The notes below the pieces were generated by a model. That model did no database searches. It worked only from the letters and a program-made list of their open reading frames with translations, and was not told where the DNA came from. Of a stretch of 64,000 nucleotides of DNA, positions 61,586 to 64,000 are shown one piece after another. This DNA is from Phycisphaerales bacterium UBA5793. Its GTDB lineage: Bacteria > Planctomycetota > Phycisphaerae > Phycisphaerales > UBA5793. The stretch lies in NCBI GenBank assembly GCA_002418285.1, contig DIDT01000018.1, positions 6,941 to 70,940 of the forward strand, written 5' to 3'. Position 1 is the stretch's first letter, and the number at the start of each line of letters is the position of its first letter. The position numbers and the translations under genes are program-made.

Positions 61586-63409
61586 CTATGAATGGAAGGG
61601 CCAGATGAGCGGAGCCAGGCTGGAGGTTATCACCCACATCGTCAGGTTCAGTGGAATACCGATGCGGAAGTAGTCGGTGAATCGATACCCTCCCGGACCA
61701 AGAACCATCAGGTTCGTCTGGTAGCCGATGGGCGTCGAGAAGCTGGCGGATGCGGCCATCATGATGGACATGGCAAAGGGCGTGAAATCAACCTGCAGGC
61801 GCTGAGAGATCGAATGCGCGATGGGGAAAACGAGAACGGCCGCAGCATTGTTGGTGATGAGTTCGGTGAAGAGCATCGTCACGCCATAAACGATGATGAG
61901 CGATGTCCACGGATTCTCACCGGCCAGTCCCACGAGGGTGTTGGCGATGGAATCTGCGGCTCCAGTGATTTCGAGCGCACGCCCAAGTGCAAACGACGCG
62001 GCAATGACGATGAGCACCTGCCAGTCGACACTCTTTCTGGCGGCACTCCCGGGCACGCAGCGCGTGATGATCATCAAGCCGGCGGCGGTCATGGCTCCAA
62101 GCAGTGTCGGCACTCCGAGAAACGTGATCGCTCCGATCATTCCTGCAAGGATGACCATGGCCAGCACCGCTTTTTCATGTCGAGGCGGATTGGAATTCTC
62201 GATCTTGCTGACGAGATAGAAGTCGCGGCTGTCGCGCTGCTGTTCCGCAAAATTCGGATGCGCTTCGAGCAGCAGGGTGTCGCCGGGTCGAAGGACGATG
62301 TCGCCGATCTTTCGGTTGATGCGCTCGCCGTTTCGCGCCACGGCGATGACCACGGCGTTGTAGATCGTGCGAAAATGACCGTCGCGAATCGTCTTTCCCA
62401 CCAGGCCGCACGAGTCTGACACGACGGCTTCGATCAGGCAGCGCTGCGCCCGTGGTGCGTCGAGTTTGAAAACCTGATCACTCGCCGGCGTCAGGCCGCG
62501 GACGCGGTGGAGGTCAACGATGGAGTCGACCACGCCGACAAAGACGAGCCGATCGCCTTCGAGAAGCCGCTCCTGCGGACCAACGGCGGGCAGGACCTGC
62601 CCCTGACGATCAATCTCAGCCAGAAAGAGGCCGGCCAATTGGCGCAGCCCGGCTTCCTCAATCGACTTGCCGATCAGTGGGCTTCCCGGATCGACGTTCA
62701 TCTCCACCGTATAGGCCCGAGGATCATCGTGCGGACTGATCGCCGGCTTGCGATCGGGAAGCAGCCAGCGGCTGAAAACCAGGACGTACGCAATGCCGGC
62801 CGCACAGCAGGGGATCCCGACCCAGGCGATGTCGAACATGCCGATGGGAGCTTTGTCGGGAAACGTGCTGAGCCATAGCCCCGCAACGACGAGGTTCGTG
62901 CTCGTCCCGATGAGCGTACACGTTCCGCCGAGAATCGCGGCGTAGCTCAGAGGAATCATGAGCTTGGAGACGCGCAGCCGATGCTGCTTGGCCCACTCCG
63001 CCACAGCCGGAATCAGCATGGCCACCAGCGGCGTGTTGTTCATGAACGCGCTGAACCCAGCCACTGGCAGCATCAGTCGCGCCTGAGCTGCAATCAGAGT
63101 TTTGGGACGCCCGAGCAGGCGTTGTCCCAGCCAGGTGACGCCTCCTGTCTCCTGCAGGCCGGCCACCACGATATACAGAACGGCCACCGTCAACATGCCC
63201 TGATTGGCCATGCCCGCCACAGCCTCGTTCAGTGGAAGCACGCCGAGCAGCACCAGCAGGGTGACTCCACCGACGATCAGCACATCGGTACTGATCCGAT
63301 TGGAGATCAGCAACGCAAAGATGAGCAGAATGACGCCTACGGTCGCCCAGGCGTGCCAGCCGGGAGATCCTGAGGCCTGAGCCGCGGTCTGAGCGAGGAT
63401 GTTCAACAT
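61586..63409 (-). CDS. SLC13/DASS-family permease with TrkA-C domains (tandem paralog)
   Basis: Same motifs; closely similar to the neighbouring gene. Confidence 0.92.
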   Translation of the reverse strand: MLNILAQTAAQASGSPGWHAWATVGVILLIFALLISNRISTDVLIVGGVTLLVLLGVLPLNEAVAGMANQGMLTVAVLYIVVAGLQETGGVTWLGQRLLGRPKTLIAAQARLMLPVAGFSAFMNNTPLVAMLIPAVAEWAKQHRLRVSKLMIPLSYAAILGGTCTLIGTSTNLVVAGLWLSTFPDKAPIGMFDIAWVGIPCCAAGIAYVLVFSRWLLPDRKPAISPHDDPRAYTVEMNVDPGSPLIGKSIEEAGLRQLAGLFLAEIDRQGQVLPAVGPQERLLEGDRLVFVGVVDSIVDLHRVRGLTPASDQVFKLDAPRAQRCLIEAVVSDSCGLVGKTIRDGHFRTIYNAVVIAVARNGERINRKIGDIVLRPGDTLLLEAHPNFAEQQRDSRDFYLVSKIENSNPPRHEKAVLAMVILAGMIGAITFLGVPTLLGAMTAAGLMIITRCVPGSAARKSVDWQVLIVIAASFALGRALEITGAADSIANTLVGLAGENPWTSLIIVYGVTMLFTELITNNAAAVLVFPIAHSISQRLQVDFTPFAMSIMMAASASFSTPIGYQTNLMVLGPGGYRFTDYFRIGIPLNLTMWVITSSLAPLIWPFHS

Positions 63410-63606
63410 GGTTCGGATCTCAGCGGAAGACGTCCCTGTCACGCTCTGAAACTCGGCGGCCGCAGCGTCCCATTGGCGGCCGACAAGGATATCCACTGAG
63501 CAGCGAGGTTTCGGTCTCCTCATCGGCTTCGTCAGGCAATCGGAACGACCCCGGTGCCCCACCCACTTAGTTGGGGGTGACATTCGAATGCGAGTACAAT
63601 GCCCGT

Positions 63607-64000
63607 ATGACCACGAATACCACGAGCATCGCCAGTCGCGTCGCTGAACTCATCGAAGAAGAACTGCCGTTCCTCATCAATTTCAGACACGACCTCCACG
63701 CCCATCCTGAACTCAAGTACGAAGAGCGGCGGACCAGCCAACGCGTGCGCGAGGAACTGGCCGCGGCAGGCATCAAGTTTGCCGACGATCTTGCCGGTGG
63801 GACAGGGGTGCTGGCATATCTGCCAGGATCCAATGGTGACGACGCCATCGGACTGCGGGCGGATATGGACGCCCTGCCAATCATCGAGGAGAACAACATT
63901 CCTTATGCGTCGACGAACCCGGGCGTCATGCACGCGTGCGGACACGACGGGCACACGGCCATCTGCCTCGGCGCTGCCCGCGTACTCAAGCGGCTCGCCG
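63607..64000 (+). CDS. M20-family amidohydrolase, 3' partial
   Basis: RHDLHAHPEL, LRADMDALP, MHACGHDGH. Confidence 0.92.
   Translation, partial: MTTNTTSIASRVAELIEEELPFLINFRHDLHAHPELKYEERRTSQRVREELAAAGIKFADDLAGGTGVLAYLPGSNGDDAIGLRADMDALPIIEENNIPYASTNPGVMHACGHDGHTAICLGAARVLKRLA

Overview
GC-rich bacterial window; the protein families resemble Planctomycetota (Phycisphaerae-like), which is inference. (1) 1-9.4 kb: an array of six intact and two decayed secreted proteins. The intact ones end in an (I/V)PLP(A/V)P-transmembrane-Arg-cluster exosortase sorting signal, and the array is interrupted by abutting IS630 and IS5/IS1182-type elements. Four intact members carry a single mature-domain Cys in FCV(E/Q), an LQx(A/V)IW helix motif and a QD(M/L)L motif just before the sorting signal. 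This is the motif layout of Cys-Gln thioester (TED) domains and is the best candidate for an undescribed system here. (2) 9.9-41.7 kb, minus strand: a ~32 kb exosortase/exopolysaccharide gene run (NusG-paralog antiterminator, beta-helix protein, many glycosyltransferases, Wzx, Wzy-like protein, nucleotide-sugar dehydrogenase, exosortase, EpsI, Wzc-like protein, priming transferase, giant TPR protein), with an IS630 inserted at a gene junction. (3) 42-59 kb: rmlA/rmlB, lhgO, two paralogous pilin-head-like/Zn-ribbon membrane proteins, a TGA-interrupted ORF, three secreted proteins sharing an unrecognised Cys-containing C-terminal domain, a divergent putative regulator, a tetraheme cytochrome c, an ABC-2 exporter and tRNA-Thr(TGT). 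(4) 59.5-64 kb: tandem SLC13/DASS-TrkA-C transporters and a partial M20 amidohydrolase. All calls were made by eye from sequence motifs; no database searches were run.
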